Positions 47,001-59,687 of a DNA stretch of 64,000 bases are shown here, one piece after another. Location: the NCBI GenBank assembly GCA_001949185.1, contig BDGG01000016.1:961432-1025431 (forward strand), in the 5' to 3' direction. The notes under the pieces are model-generated. The model saw nothing but the letters and a program-made list of their open reading frames with translations. It made no database searches and had not been told where the DNA came from. This DNA comes from Ramazzottius varieornatus. Taxonomy: Eukaryota; Animalia; Tardigrada. Position numbers and translations under genes: made by a program. The number at the start of each line of letters is the position of its first letter. The first letter of the stretch is position 1.

Positions 47001-49762
47001 CTTCGCTCAAAGCCGACAAACTGACACCATACTCTATCCTGTGATACAAGCCGGAATGCGGGCTCTCGAAGTTAGTTCCACTCTGCTTCCGACAAATCCC
47101 AGTTATTGATTATAGCCGTATTCTAATAGGCTGCTGGATGTCCCGGCAAGCTCTTCGTTTTCAACTTCTCCCTGCCAGTGTTCGACGCACCCGGCAAGTT
47201 GAAGAACAGGGAAGACAGACAGATATTGGGGACGGACAAGGAGAAGACGCTGCTAAAGCCACAGATTCCCGACTACACTGAGCTAGCCAAGAACTGTGTA
47301 CAGGTTGGCTGCTCAGTGGACCTCTTCCTCTTTCCCAACTCGTACATCGACGTGGCGACTTTGGGCGAAGTGTCGAAGCTGACCGGTGGTCAAGTGTATA
47401 AATACGCCTACTTCCAGGTATGATCTATCGAAATTCACTCAAGACCGCATAAAATATTGAAATCGGTCTAAAAAAATTCAGAGGAACGACTGTATCGAAA
47501 TCGCCAAAAAATGGGGCGTCGGTAGATGAATAAAACCAAACTGTCACCTCAAGTGGGGCACGCTTCCATTGTCATTGACTGAAGTTGTGCGCCACTTGGG
47601 AAAGCGATTATATTCAAGTCACTTGCCGACGTCTCCGATAGCGAATGACGATGATATTCAGAAAGTTTGAGCAGTTATCGAGATTTAAATTAGGTATATT
47701 CTGCAAAAAAAACAGGATGAAATTAAGATGGAACCGGAAATGCGGTTTTCCCGTTAGTTATAACGTTTAGATTCTTTATTTGATGTTCGCGCATGGTCGT
47801 ATGTTGAAAGGTCAAGTTTTGTTTGCTCAGCCAATAACGATCTTTTGTGTGGTTGTTGGATAGGCTGACAAAGACGGTCAGCGTTTCCTTTGGGATCTGC
47901 GGCATAATCTGAAGCGGACTATTGCTTTCGATGCGGTCATGCGTGTTCGCACCAACCAAGGCATTCGGCCCACTGATTACTTTGGCAATATGCTCATGCC
48001 GAACACAACCGAAGTCCATCTGGCCTCTATTGACAGTGAAAAGACCATCCTGGCTGAAATTAAACACGATGACAAACTCGAAGACAAGACTGTGGTTCAC
48101 GTGCAGGTTCGTCTTACCTCCCACCTTACCCCACCGAACTCGCGCATCTTTCGAACAGTAAGCTAATCATCGCTCATTGTCCTTCTTCCCAGGTGGCTTT
48201 ACTTTACACTAGCCTCAGCGCACAACGTCGAGTACGCCTTCTGAACATGGCTCTCATGTCGACTAGCGACTATGGCGAGATATATCGATGTGCAGAAGGA
48301 GACGTCGTCATGAACTTCATGCTGAAGAACAGTAAGAAATCCGAACGGCTGCTCGGCGGACAAGCCACACAAGATTATTTTCCCCAGTGGCGCACATTTT
48401 CACTATTATTGGCTGAAAGCGTGCGTGAGATGGGAAAACGATCCTGACGAGTTCGATCCGAAGTGGCGCACTCTTTCAGTGTTATGAGCTGGAAGGTGCG
48501 CCACTTGGAAAGAATCTTGTCGAGGTCGAATGTTTTCCAAAGTGACGCACGCTTTCGGTGTTGGTGCCTGGGAGCATGCGCTGCTTGGAAAAAACGTATT
48601 TGTCTAGTTTGCTTGCCCAGGTCGCAAGTGACCTTCTTCATTGCTAAGCCTACTATATTCCCTCGATAGTTCTGCGAACTACGTCATCAGGCCAGTATAT
48701 TACACCCGCAGTGATATCACTGCTTGTTTGATTGTCGCCCGTCACTCCACTTGACTGGCGAGCAATCTTTGATTGAATACATGAATATTTTCTATTCCCG
48801 CCGGGTAATATTTACCGGAACAGTCACGTGATTCGCAGAACTATCGAGGGAATACAGTAGTCAGAGCAAGTACTGACAACTGCTGGTGGACCTTTAGGTT
48901 TGAAAGGGCTGTATGACTTCTCGCCAGCTCAGATTCGCGAAGGTTTGACGGAAAGGTCCACAAAGATATTAGTATCGTACCGGAAGTACTGTAGCCAGAA
49001 TACTCCGGTTGGCCAGCTGGTCTTGCCAGAGAGCTTTAAACTCCTGCCTTTGTACACGAACTGTCTCGTCAGGAACGATGTCGTTTCCGGAACAGGTACG
49101 TCGTCAGGTATGTCTTCGTCAAGCTTTGGAAATATTTTACTGAGTTTCTATGGTTGGGTTCAGGGTCGGAAGTGGGTGCTGATGATCGCAGCTGGCTGAT
49201 GTACCACAGCAACTCACTGGGTGTTGAACACACCACCGCCTTCATCTACCCGCGCTTCTATGTCCTCCACGAGCCTGGTATGGACTCCTCCACCGGTCAG
49301 TATCGACAGATTCGGGCCACCGCTGAGAAAATGCAGGAAGGTGGCGCTTACCTGCTGGAGAACGGAGTGGCCATGTTCCTCTGGCTGGGAAGCCGCGTCG
49401 ACGCTGCGTGGACCGAAGCTGTCTTCGGTGTACAAAGTCCCGCTTCCATCGACACAGAGAAGGTAGACTGAGCATTTCCGGACGAATTTGACCATTTCTG
49501 ACCGTATTTTCTTTCAAAGGGCGAAGCAGCCATGAGTGCGTCGAATAACCCGACAGCCGACCAACTCAGTAAGTTCATCGAACGTACGAGGAACTCGAGA
49601 CCGGTGTATGTGAGGCTCAACCTCATTCGACAAAGGGACAAGATGGAAGGTTGGTTTAGGAGGTTCTTGGTGGAAGACCAAGGAACCAGCACGTACCAAC
49701 AATCTTACGTTCAGTATATTTATTACCTTTATAACGCTATTCGCGACGAGGTTGATAAGTAA
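44008..49762 (+). CDS. SEC24C: COPII subunit Sec24, C/D subfamily
   Basis: P/Q-rich N-terminus; [18 protein letters not shown] zinc finger, [61 protein letters not shown]. Confidence 0.94.
44934..45057. mobile_element. Palindromic element, SEC24C/D intron
   Basis: Core plus arms. Confidence 0.8.
45912..46030. mobile_element. Palindromic element, SEC24C/D intron
   Basis: Core plus arms. Confidence 0.8.
46494..46529. repeat. Perfect 36-bp palindrome ATTGAACTTT-(AT)8-AAAGTTCAAT in a SEC24C/D intron
   Basis: Read directly. Confidence 0.9.
46555..46737. mobile_element. Palindromic element array (partly deleted), SEC24C/D intron
   Basis: About 1.5-2 cores. Confidence 0.7.
47513..47636. mobile_element. 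Palindromic element, SEC24C/D intron
   Basis: GGGCGTCGG...GCCGACGTC ends. Confidence 0.8.
48351..48625. mobile_element. Palindromic element, 3-hairpin array, SEC24C/D intron
   Basis: Three successive GTGGCGCAC/GTGCGCCAC cores within one pair of outer arms. Confidence 0.85.
48653..48857. mobile_element. MITE with 26-bp TIRs and TA target duplication (Tc1/mariner superfamily, Tc2/pogo-like ends)
   Basis: TA|CTATATTCCCTCGATAGTTCTGCGAA ... TTCGCAGAACTATCGAGGGAATACAG|TA, one mismatch. Confidence 0.85.
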
Positions 49763-51511
49763 TTTAACCAGGTGAAATTTAGAGGAATATTTTTAGCGAG
49801 AACTGCCTTGAAATATCTATGGTCAAATTTTTTCTATTGTGGATGCTGTATGTCAGTCGACGAAGTCGCTCTGCATGTCTTGGTGAAAGGACGTCTCTTT
49901 TTTATCGCTTCTGTTTCATACTTTTCTTTTGCCGCATCTTGAGCCATATACGTAGTTTTATCTCTTCGAGCTGATAACGGTCAAGAAGTTTTTGATTATG
50001 CGTCCATATAAAAATTTAACCTGATTTTGATGACCACAAAGACGAGTTTGTTTTTGGCAATACGCGTCGTGTGGAGAAGCAATGGAGTGCCCGACGAAGA
50101 AATGCCACTCAGTTGATTCTTCACAGCGTCAGTTTAATTGGCCGGCCATCGGATGCTCTAATTTATTTCTCACCCACTAGCACACGACCACACGTCCACC
50201 CAACAAGTCACCATAAAAGCGTGAAACGAGAGAAACGAGTCAAATGACCATCTGTCACTGTCCGTTGTACCAGCATACAGCTTGTTCAACCACGAGAATA
50301 TGACGGCAAATTACAGCAAATTATGGTATCTTACAACAAGTAAACGCAATTTGCAACAGCAGCAGCTAGCGTAGCCTCTATAAAATTTACAACCTGTTAT
50401 CGAAAAACGAGAAAAAGTGTCGGAAGAGTCTCTGTATCACGCGTGTCGAAACTGGATCTTGTACTCAAACAACCGGAAGGCAGCCATTAATCAAATAATG
50501 ATAGGCTGAACCGCCGTCTTCACTGAATGTCCTCCGCGCTCTCAACTGTGAGCTTTTTGATCGGGCATACTGTAGACGTAACTACCCACGGAGCCTCTTC
50601 CAACACCTACATTTACAAAACAAAATGTCAGCAAAGAAAGTGAGAAACCCACGGTTCAAAATGACTTCTGAATGTCATCCATTAGATTCGCGCAGGACGT
50701 CACAGCGGCAGTATCCATCGATACTGCCATACGATTACGACACAAATTGAGTAAGGAGAAAGCTATGGATTTAGATGGCAAGTTCGCGTCTTACCTCCTG
50801 GACCGTATAGTGCCTGATAGCACGGTATATTGCAGTATGGACGTCCTTCATGCTGTTCACAAAGATGAGTCAAGCATAAAGAGAATCGATAGGGCCATAA
50901 AAACGCGCGCACGTACCTCGGAGTGGTTTCCCGGGGAGAGAGTCTTGCTGCATCGACCGCACTTGAGGCACTCCCGATGCCAGTCTTTTCCCAGCGACGT
51001 CCGCCTCTCCGCTACGATGCACAACAAACAAAATTAGGGGTTAGCGTCTCCCTTACTGAATTACATTGTGACGCTCGAAGGTCGATCGATTGTCCTTACC
51101 GAAGTACACTTCTTTGTTGCATCCAGGGCACTTCGGCATTTTCAGGAAGCAGGCTTTGGAAATTCCGAGTAAAATCCGTCAAGCTGCACAAACTGTTCAA
51201 GCAGGCTTGTGCAGACAGAGCAGCCAGTCAGTCAAGAAAATAACCGCGCTTTTCAACGCTGTCCAGTCAGTGACGTCACGCAGTCCAAATCGCCGATTTC
51301 CGCCTGGATAAAACGAACTCCAGGTATTAAACGTTTTCTCCGGGTCAAATTCAAAAATCAAAAATTGCAGAAATGCATGAATTATGGAGGAGCTTCTCGT
51401 CTTCGGGAATCGATGGAAAGTTTCCGTGAGAAAATATGGCGGAGAAGTGTTGACGACAAGAAGTCACCGCACATCAATAAAAGACTTGCGTAATCTCGGC
51501 AGTCGAGGCAC

Positions 51512-51612
51512 GTTGGCCGATGGGTAGATCTTGAAAAGTGGCGGTCTTTATCTCTGTGGTTGTAAACTTGGTGGAACGTACTTGAAAAGAAAACGATCGA
51601 TCTGGTCGACAT
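51512..51612. mobile_element. Highly degenerate palindromic element between the SEC24 genes
   Basis: AAGTGGCG...ACTTGAAAAGAAAACGATC remnants. Confidence 0.5.
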
Positions 51613-52161
51613 CAACAATCATCACCGTCGTCGCCAGTTGGCGGTTACTGGTATGTATTTGATATGAAATTTCATTTCATACCCTACCAACGCTTGACAG
51701 GCTTTCTCTCACGGCGGCTGCCAGTGGGCGACGCCATTTCTTTCTCACTTTCCCAGCCAGCTGAGAAGCAACACGACACGCCCACCCAGTACCGACGGCC
51801 CAAGAGCATTCTCCACGCTCTTTCGCGGATGTTTGCTCGGGCCTTTCAACAAGTCTGCTTCCAACGTTAATCAGAACAGCAAGAGCCACACCGGCACATT
51901 CCCCACATTCATCCATCATTTCCAACAGTATCCATTTACTTCTCTCCCCACTAATTTCACGACCGGGATAAAACATCGATGCAGTGCGCAGTCATTCGCT
52001 AATATTAAAATTATTATAGGAATGGCAGTCAACAAAAATCAGGTGAAAAACGAAAGAGTCGTTACATGTCAAAGCTTGCAGAGTAAAAAAAAGGTACACG
52101 ATAAAAACTAGCAGAACCTCAACTCTGAATCCACCCTTCGGAAAAAGACAGAAAATATCTT

Positions 52162-55100
52162 TTAAGCTTTGATCTTCTGGCTGATTTGCGTCAAGAATTC
52201 TTGGTAACTGGCCACTGTGTCCAGTCGATCATCGTGTAAATACTGCAGGAATAACAGCCTGTCTTTGCTGTCCTCTTTTATCACCTGCAACGAAACCCTC
52301 GGCTATGCTACATCTTCCATACCCAAGACGGCCAAGGTAGCGGTCGGCAAACAAAGCTTAGAAGATGGTTATTTCAAGTGGCGCACACTTCCGTCTAATA
52401 AGAATGAAGACGTGCGCCACTTAGCGCTACGATCTCGCACGTTCCGTTAACCGGCCTCCCATACTTTCCCGCTGTTTCTTGTAGAATATCGATTAGACTA
52501 GCACGTTCTTCTTGCACGTACCTCAACGATAGGGTGAAGTGGACGCTGAGCATATCTATGACTGATGAAAGCTCGTAACCTGTACGACACTTCCGTATCC
52601 AGCGCCGGGATATCCGTCGTCCTGTCCTGCAGTGCCATAAAGGACTGGACATCGAGAGCCGCATTTAGCCAGTCCGGACTGACGCCCTTCTGGACATACA
52701 GAATCATGTGCACGACACTCTCCAGCAAGTACACACCACCTCGTTCAAGGTACTCTGCGCTCAGCTGCAGCCTTTCCAGCTGCGGCATGCCATCTTGATC
52801 GAGAGGCGTGGCCTCGATGCGGTGCACAGCGTAGAGGTGCGGGTAGATGGACATCATCTCCTCGAAGAGTGGAGCGGCTTTGAGGTTGAGAAGCGTATAT
52901 GTCCGCAAGTCGAGAGTCGTGCTGACACCCAGCCGAAGCGCCGTGGACTTGAGCAAGGCCTGGGTAAAAAGAGGGAGGAGACGAAGCGAATACGGAGCCA
53001 GAAGCTGGCCAGCGGAGGGACGAGCCACTTGTGTGTAGGCCGAGAGAGCGTCTTCGCAGGCGAAGACTACACCGTCACGAACGTCTGACATCGGCGTCGA
53101 GAAAGCCCTCTCAGCGGCTGAAAAAGACAACCCAATTTTTCTCCAACCTGCTTAGTTCGAATCCGCTTTGGGTCCATTTGGATTACGGATGGGATCAGCC
53201 GAAGAAATTGGGAAAGGTTGTTTTTCTAAGTGGCGCACGCTTTCGGTGTTATTGGCTGAAAGCCTGCGCCACTCGGACACCATCTTGCCGAGTGTTTTCC
53301 GAGCTTCCAATATCTTAGATAGTGATCAAAAAGCATTCAGAAATATTCGAAGCAAAACTCTGACGAAAACATCGTTGAGAGCCGTATGCCTGAGCTCGAA
53401 TCAAAATGGATAACTTACCGATTTTGCCGATGAGACAGGCGATGGCTTCCTGGTCAGCGCTGGCCATGATTTCTGGAAGTGAGTCGCTGACCGGGATGTG
53501 CATCGTATGGACCCGTATTCTTCTTTCACCTGTAAGAAAACATATTCTTTTGAAAATTACAGACGAGTACGGATGGACAGGGAAATTATGGGGATGAATT
53601 ACCGCGGCTCGATGTGTAGAGGAGTGCGGCTTGGAAGTCCACCGAGTTGGTATGTGACAGCGTCTCGTCCATCTTGATCTGGACAGCAAAGCCAGCGTCT
53701 GGACTGACGTTGGCCAGCGAGAGGAGATCGGTCGAGCGGACGAAGAAGTTGCCGTGGAAGGAGTGCATCGACAAGCCGTTGGTACAGCGAACGCGCATCA
53801 CCGACTCGAAACCTATCTTCCTGGTCAAGTACCGCGTCAGCTCGGACTGGAACTTGTCAACTTGGGCTGAGTGTTTCACCACGTTGAAACTCGGGTAGTA
53901 GTGGATCCATCCGCTCGAGTACCGGGATATTCCAGCTGGTAGAAAGAGAAACCGTTCATCAGCTCACCTTTTGAAATTGATCCAGACTCCAGAGAGAAAA
54001 TTACGTTTATTTCTGTTTCTTTCAATTTTATTACTATTTTTTTTCAGGATGGTAATTACGAGATGGCGCTGCAGACAAAAATTATTCTTACAAATGGTTG
54101 CTAGATCTGCGTATTGTCCAGCCAGGACGAACAGATCCACGGCGACCTGACTAGCTGAGCATTCTAGCGCCAGGCTCTTGTAGAAGTCTGTCGCCGGAGA
54201 TAGATGGTTGACTTCTTTAGCCGCTCGCATGTTGGGGTCTTCTCGCGACTTCAACGCACCGGGCCCGATGGTGGGCAAGCACGTCTGCACGACTGTTATT
54301 CTGCCACCCGTCCCCGCCAGCATCCGGTAGGCAGCTTGGACTGCGGCGCCCATGCAGGACTGCGTCTCTCGCTGGCCCTTGAACATGTCGGGTATTGTGC
54401 TGAGAAGTTCGCGAATGGCCTGGATGTTCTCGTGGAGACGAACGAGAATACCTTCGGTCGACGGTATGAAGATATCTGGAAAGGCAAAAGTGATACATCC
54501 ACAGAAAATTAGGATAGAACGTTCGGAATCTTGGCAAACAAACACGACCGGATCATTTTTCCCAAGTGGCGCACCTTTCCGGCCACCAGCACTGAGAGCG
54601 TGCGTCACTTGGGAGAATAATCTGGTCGAGTTTGTCGCCGAGCTTTTATTTCGTACGTTGGTAGATTCTGGAAATGGGAACATTAGACTCACCGTCGATG
54701 TCAGGGACAGACAGCATTTTCCAGTCAGTTTCGAACTGGAAGAAGTGCACCACGCTATCGAAGGCAATGAACGAGACCTGGGTTCTTGCGTCACCCGGAA
54801 GTCGTTCTAGCACTGCAGACAGGCGCTCGCAGAAGACGGTCAGGTAGCGACTTTCGATGGCGTTGAAGGAGATGTCCAGGAGAAAGACATAGATTGCCGG
54901 CTGAGGTGGGCGGAGCTAAGGCGAAACAATACATGCAAATTTCATTCTCTTTCAAAGTGGGCAAGCAAACATTGAAAGTTAGTCTTACAGAGTACTCGGA
55001 CGGAGCAATGTATTCCAAGGTAGCGCTCTGGACTTCGGGTCTTCTTGATGGGTCTCCCACGGAGCGCGTTGTGGCATCAATGAAGAAATCTTGAGGTACT

Positions 55101-57079
55101 ACAAGGACGCAAAACACGGTAGTCCGGCGTTTCCGAGAAAATATTCTAGAATGATCTGGTGGATAAACTTACAGTCGTTCGTTCGATCGCACAAGTTGCA
55201 TTTCCAGCGCATCTGATCGATGAAGGTAATGAACGGATTAATGTAGGATCTGCATACTCGACAACGGACAATGGTGCTTGTCGAGAGAACTTGTAAATTC
55301 TATGGAGACAAATCGAGTTGCAATTGGGTCAACAATCATTCCAACCTATTTACAGCGCGACTACGGGCTGCGGCGCTCACCGATAGATCTTTGTAAGGAT
55401 GAATTAAGATTCCGAGTGGTAGCCTGGACTTCTGTAGCAAACCTGGAGTCTTCGGGATGACACCCAAGGTACAGCGGAAAATACTAAAACCACAGGAGAA
55501 AAATGCGTCTAACAACGGGGAGGAACAACTGGAAATTCAGCAAACAAGCTCGACAACATTGTTTCCCAAGTGGCGCACGTTTGCTGTGTTATTAGCTGCA
55601 AACGCGCGCCACTTGAAAAACGATCTTGTGGAGTTTGTATGCCTAGGTCGCTGCTAGAGCGAGATCGCTAAGGCTTACTGGGGACTACAGTTTTCCTTGT
55701 AGAAATTCTGTCGGACCACAGGTGTGGGTAGTTCGGGACCGTCGGGAGGTAGGATCCTACGCGACTGTAGGAGGTTAACTACTTGTCCACCGGGATGCAT
55801 GGCTGCACTTCCTTGCTGATTTCCCTGCATCTGTCCACCGGGATACTGCATCGGATTTCCACCCTACAGCAAGAAGGTATAGCAAGTGTAATAGCCGCGA
55901 CGAAATATTAAGCTTGTACAATACCTGGAAAGGGAGGTTTCCGTTTGACATCTGCTGTGGTCCTCCCAAGTTCGCGGCTTGCAAACCCGGAAACGCAGAC
56001 GGCAAACCATAACCAGGCTGCGCTTGGGGAAAGTTTTGTTGAGATGCAGATGGAAACTGCTGCGAGGGAGCGAAGTTCCCGTTCTGGAGGCCGGGTTGAC
56101 TCGATGGGTAAGAACTGACAGTCGGATTCGGATACGGCGTTGTCACTTTCTGTGCAGGAGGATATCGCTGCAACGACGGTTCGTTCACGCTGGGAAACGC
56201 CTGGTTCGAACCTGGACTTGGAAAAGGGTTATACGAGTTGTTCGTAGATGCACTGGGTTGCGAAGGAGTGTTCGAAGCGGAATAGGACGGAGAGGGCTGA
56301 TAAGAAGCTGCTTGGCCAAACTGCCCGTTGCTTGATTGTTGATTAAAACTATTTTGACCGTGAGCCGATTGATTGTACGGTTGTTGATTGACTTGACTGG
56401 TGGAATTTTCCGGATACAGATTGTTCTCCACATCGGCAGAGTGAATTCCTGGAGCGAAACTGTTGGACGGTTTCATGGTGTTGGCTGAAGAATATTGCGG
56501 TTCAGAGTGCGAAGTACTGGAGTAGTATTCTTGGTGGGACGAGGAAGGAGAGTTCGGTTGGGGTTGGGGTTGATTTTGGTCGAAGTAATTTAACCGAGAA
56601 GGATGCGAAAGGGAATTTGGCATCTGTCCTTGTTGAGCGTGTCCAACACCGTCTTGCATATTCTGTAAAGGTGATTGAGGTATGGTTTGGTAGTCCTTCT
56701 GGTTCATTCCGGTCGGGAGGACAGGATGAGAGGCTGAAGTGGAGAGTGTTGGTGAAGCGAACTGCGGCATGCGAGGAAACGAAGGCATCGCTGGACGAGT
56801 TGACGTCGGTGTGGATGATCCGCTGGACTCAGTTCCATACCCACTAGATTGCAACGAAGCAGGTGGACGGAACACCGGCAAGGAAGGCCGGAACTGAGGC
56901 ATAGCAGGCGAAGAGGATTTATTCTCAGATAGACTGATGTTGGAGAAACCAGCATTCAAGTTGGAGGAGTTTGCTCCGTTTTGAAGACCTCTCGATCCGT
57001 CCATCGTTCCAACAGGGTTGCTCTGTTGGGTTGAAGAAGTTGGAGCGTACTGCTGGTGTTGATGGCCGTTGGGGAGCAT
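52162..57079 (-). CDS. SEC24B: COPII subunit Sec24, A/B subfamily
   Basis: [106 protein letters not shown]; last exon ...SQKIKA*. Confidence 0.94.
52342..52440. mobile_element. Palindromic element, SEC24A/B intron
   Basis: AAGTGGCGCAC...GTGCGCCACTT. Confidence 0.8.
53192..53308. mobile_element. Palindromic element, SEC24A/B intron
   Basis: Near-consensus spacer TTTCGGTGTTATTGGCTGAAAG. Confidence 0.85.
54531..54644. mobile_element. Palindromic element, SEC24A/B intron
   Basis: Core plus arms. Confidence 0.85.
55535..55650. mobile_element. Palindromic element, SEC24A/B intron
   Basis: Well-preserved hairpin. Confidence 0.85.
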
Positions 57080-57725
57080 GGTGGAAGCTCGTCTTCAGAA
57101 AAGTGAGCGATAACGTAAACAAATTGACGAAATTAGCACACGCCTGTCTTGAAGTGGCTTCCACGGTGTTCTCTTGTCACGACTTCCTGTAAGTCCGAAC
57201 ATCCATGGGTACTTGGTCCTTCTGTAGTACAGGTTCCCCTAGTCTTAGGGTGATCCCTGCAAAAATGAAAAGATTGTGAGGATATCCGAGAAGAAAGTAT
57301 GGACTTTTATGGCGAATCCAGGTCGCGACGTGGATCTCCAGCAGAAACGATTAAACGAAAAGTCACGTAACAGTCTGGCCTGCAGACGACGTCACGACGA
57401 TGGGTGCTGTACCGGCGATTGATTACTTGATGAAGGAAGTGGTTGGAGCCGTATGTGGTCGAAGCCTTCTGTGCAAAGCAGCAATCAAAGCAAAAAGGGC
57501 TGCGTTTTTATCCGTTCCGCAGCCATATTTTTTGAAATTTCTTTGAAAAGTCTCCCCTTCCGGAACGTTTTCTTCTCAGACAGCGTTGGTCTGCTGGACA
57601 CTGCTGCCTCTCCAATACATCGCAAGGACGAGAAGACAACATAAAGGTGTAGAGAACTTGTGCGACGGAGCTCGCTGATGATATCTGGTTTCCTAGACTG
57701 ACCAGCGGAGCAGCCGGAAACGGGA

Positions 57726-59289
57726 ATGTTGCACGGATGCCTTTCAGCTTTACGGCAGCAGGTTTGGCCAACTTATGCTGGTGGGTCTGCTTTCACCGTC
57801 GCTCTGAGAACAGCCAAACGAAAGCATATTCGTATCGCCACACGTAAGAAAAAGACCGCCGCGAACAAAGCAAAGAAAGAGGAAGAAGTAGAGAAGCCGT
57901 TTGTTCCCTACAAGATGCGATTGCTGCAAGAGTATGTATATAAGCTACTGGTGTGTGACGTCAGTCAGCTCGTGTTGTTGTACAGTGAGTACTCGCTCGA
58001 CGTCCTGCGCGTCTTGCTAGGGGAAGGGAGAAAGCTGTACTAATTTGTTTCCCGTTTCACAACAGGGCTAAACCGAAAGAACGAAACGACGAACAGCTCG
58101 CCAGATGGCTAAAGACTCCCCCACAGGATGATGTATGGATTCAGAGGTACTACCTACCGAGGATATGTCCGCTAGGGGAAGCCATCGATGGCTATCGAGA
58201 GCTGTGCCATCCTACCATGTTGGACGCACCCGACGCTCCTCTCGCGTTGGAAATCGAGCTCAACATGCGGACCGGAGAGAAAGACGTTAGTCTTGTTGTT
58301 GTACTTCTTATCCGTTGGTAAATTATTTGAACATTGGCTTCGTAGTCGAAATATTTGGAGAAAGCGTATGGCATCGTCATGCTACCCTTCCCACCGGAAG
58401 AGAAACCAATCAGCCGTAGCGTGGTTGCCATCTGCAAGGTAAGCTTCATGTTTGATCCAGCGCTACGAGCTTTTGGTATCATGGAAATGTTTCTCTTGTA
58501 GTCGCCAGAGGACCAGCAAAAGGCTGCGGACGCTGGTGCCGAAATTGTCGGGCATGCCAGCGTGATTCAGGCCATCGAGAAAGGCGAAATTAAACAGGAC
58601 GATGTCGATTACTTCGTCTGTCATGTCGACTCTGTAGTGGATACTTTGAAGCTACGAGGTCTTCTGAAAAAGAAAATGCCTGATAAGAAAAAAGGTAAGC
58701 GATCAATATCCATGAAAGTTTTGACGTGGGCATGTTAGATCGATTTCCGGGTTCCTTATAGGTACTCTTGGGACGGATATGGCCGCAATGGTCCGGCTCT
58801 TCGCGAAAGGTTCGGACTACGTGACCGCCAACGATTTCGGTGTGACATTATGGGCGAACCTGAACTTCATCATCGGTCGACTGGACATGACCAACGAGCA
58901 AATCGAAAGCAATGTCAGAGTTTTCCTCAGTTCGCTAGCGCCGCAGAAGAACCAACCGGAATTCGGTAGGTTAACTGCAGTGCCTTATACCCTTCCTGAA
59001 CTGCAAGTATGTCATAAAGTGGGCTTGCATTTCTTTAGGACCGTTCCTGAACAAAGTCACTCTCGTAGCAAAGCCGTCGCCTGAAAGATTACGCATCGAT
59101 GTTACTGTAAGTCGATCTCACATGTTTTCCGCCTGGAACTGGATCATGAGATGTTTCTTGTTTCAGCCATATCTGCCTGTAGCAGAAGCACAGCTGAGAA
59201 CTGAGAAGAAAAAGGCCGAACCGAAGAAAGTAGCAAAGGCAGAAACGGAAGAGGAGGAGACGACAGAGAAAGTGAAAGCTTCCGCTTGA
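57726..59289 (+). CDS. MRPL1: Mitochondrial ribosomal protein uL1m
   Basis: Basic presequence; DDVWIQRYY..YRELCHPTMLDAP, AADAGAEIVG, LRGLLKKKMP..GTLGTD, IGRLDMTNEQIESN. Confidence 0.88.
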
Positions 59290-59687
59290 TTCTCACTGTT
59301 GGACATTGTTACTTTTTATCCTGGAAGTAGCCATTCTTGGTTGCGTTGGTCGGTGTGGATATTTTCCTCGACAACATAGGAAGTTTTGACGTTCACTGTA
59401 GGATGTTTTATTGGAAAAGTACCACAAGAATAATATCAAAATTTCACTAAGCAATATTGCAAATCACCGGCAAGCTGGCTGCTGCAAAGCTCGTTGTCGT
59501 CAATCAGAGCTAACGTCGCCTCATGGAATCAAAGAAGAACATTAGCATATCAATATGTAAAACAGTAGCTGTCGAACTGACTAAGCAAACCAGCTTCCAG
59601 AAAAAAAACTAGGAAAGAAGTAAACGCAGAAAGAGATTCATCGTTATATTGTTGAGCCTGCTGAGCGCTCAAGACAGAAGGAAAAGT

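Noticed and set aside
48351-48625. CRISPR-like appearance of repeat-spacer-repeat arrays
   Set aside because: The spacers are homologous to each other, the repeats are inverted pairs dispersed in spliceosomal introns, and there are no cas genes; the context is eukaryotic.
50672-51493. 121-aa and neighbouring ORFs between the two SEC24 3' ends
   Set aside because: No motif or splice support; may be UTR or decayed sequence.
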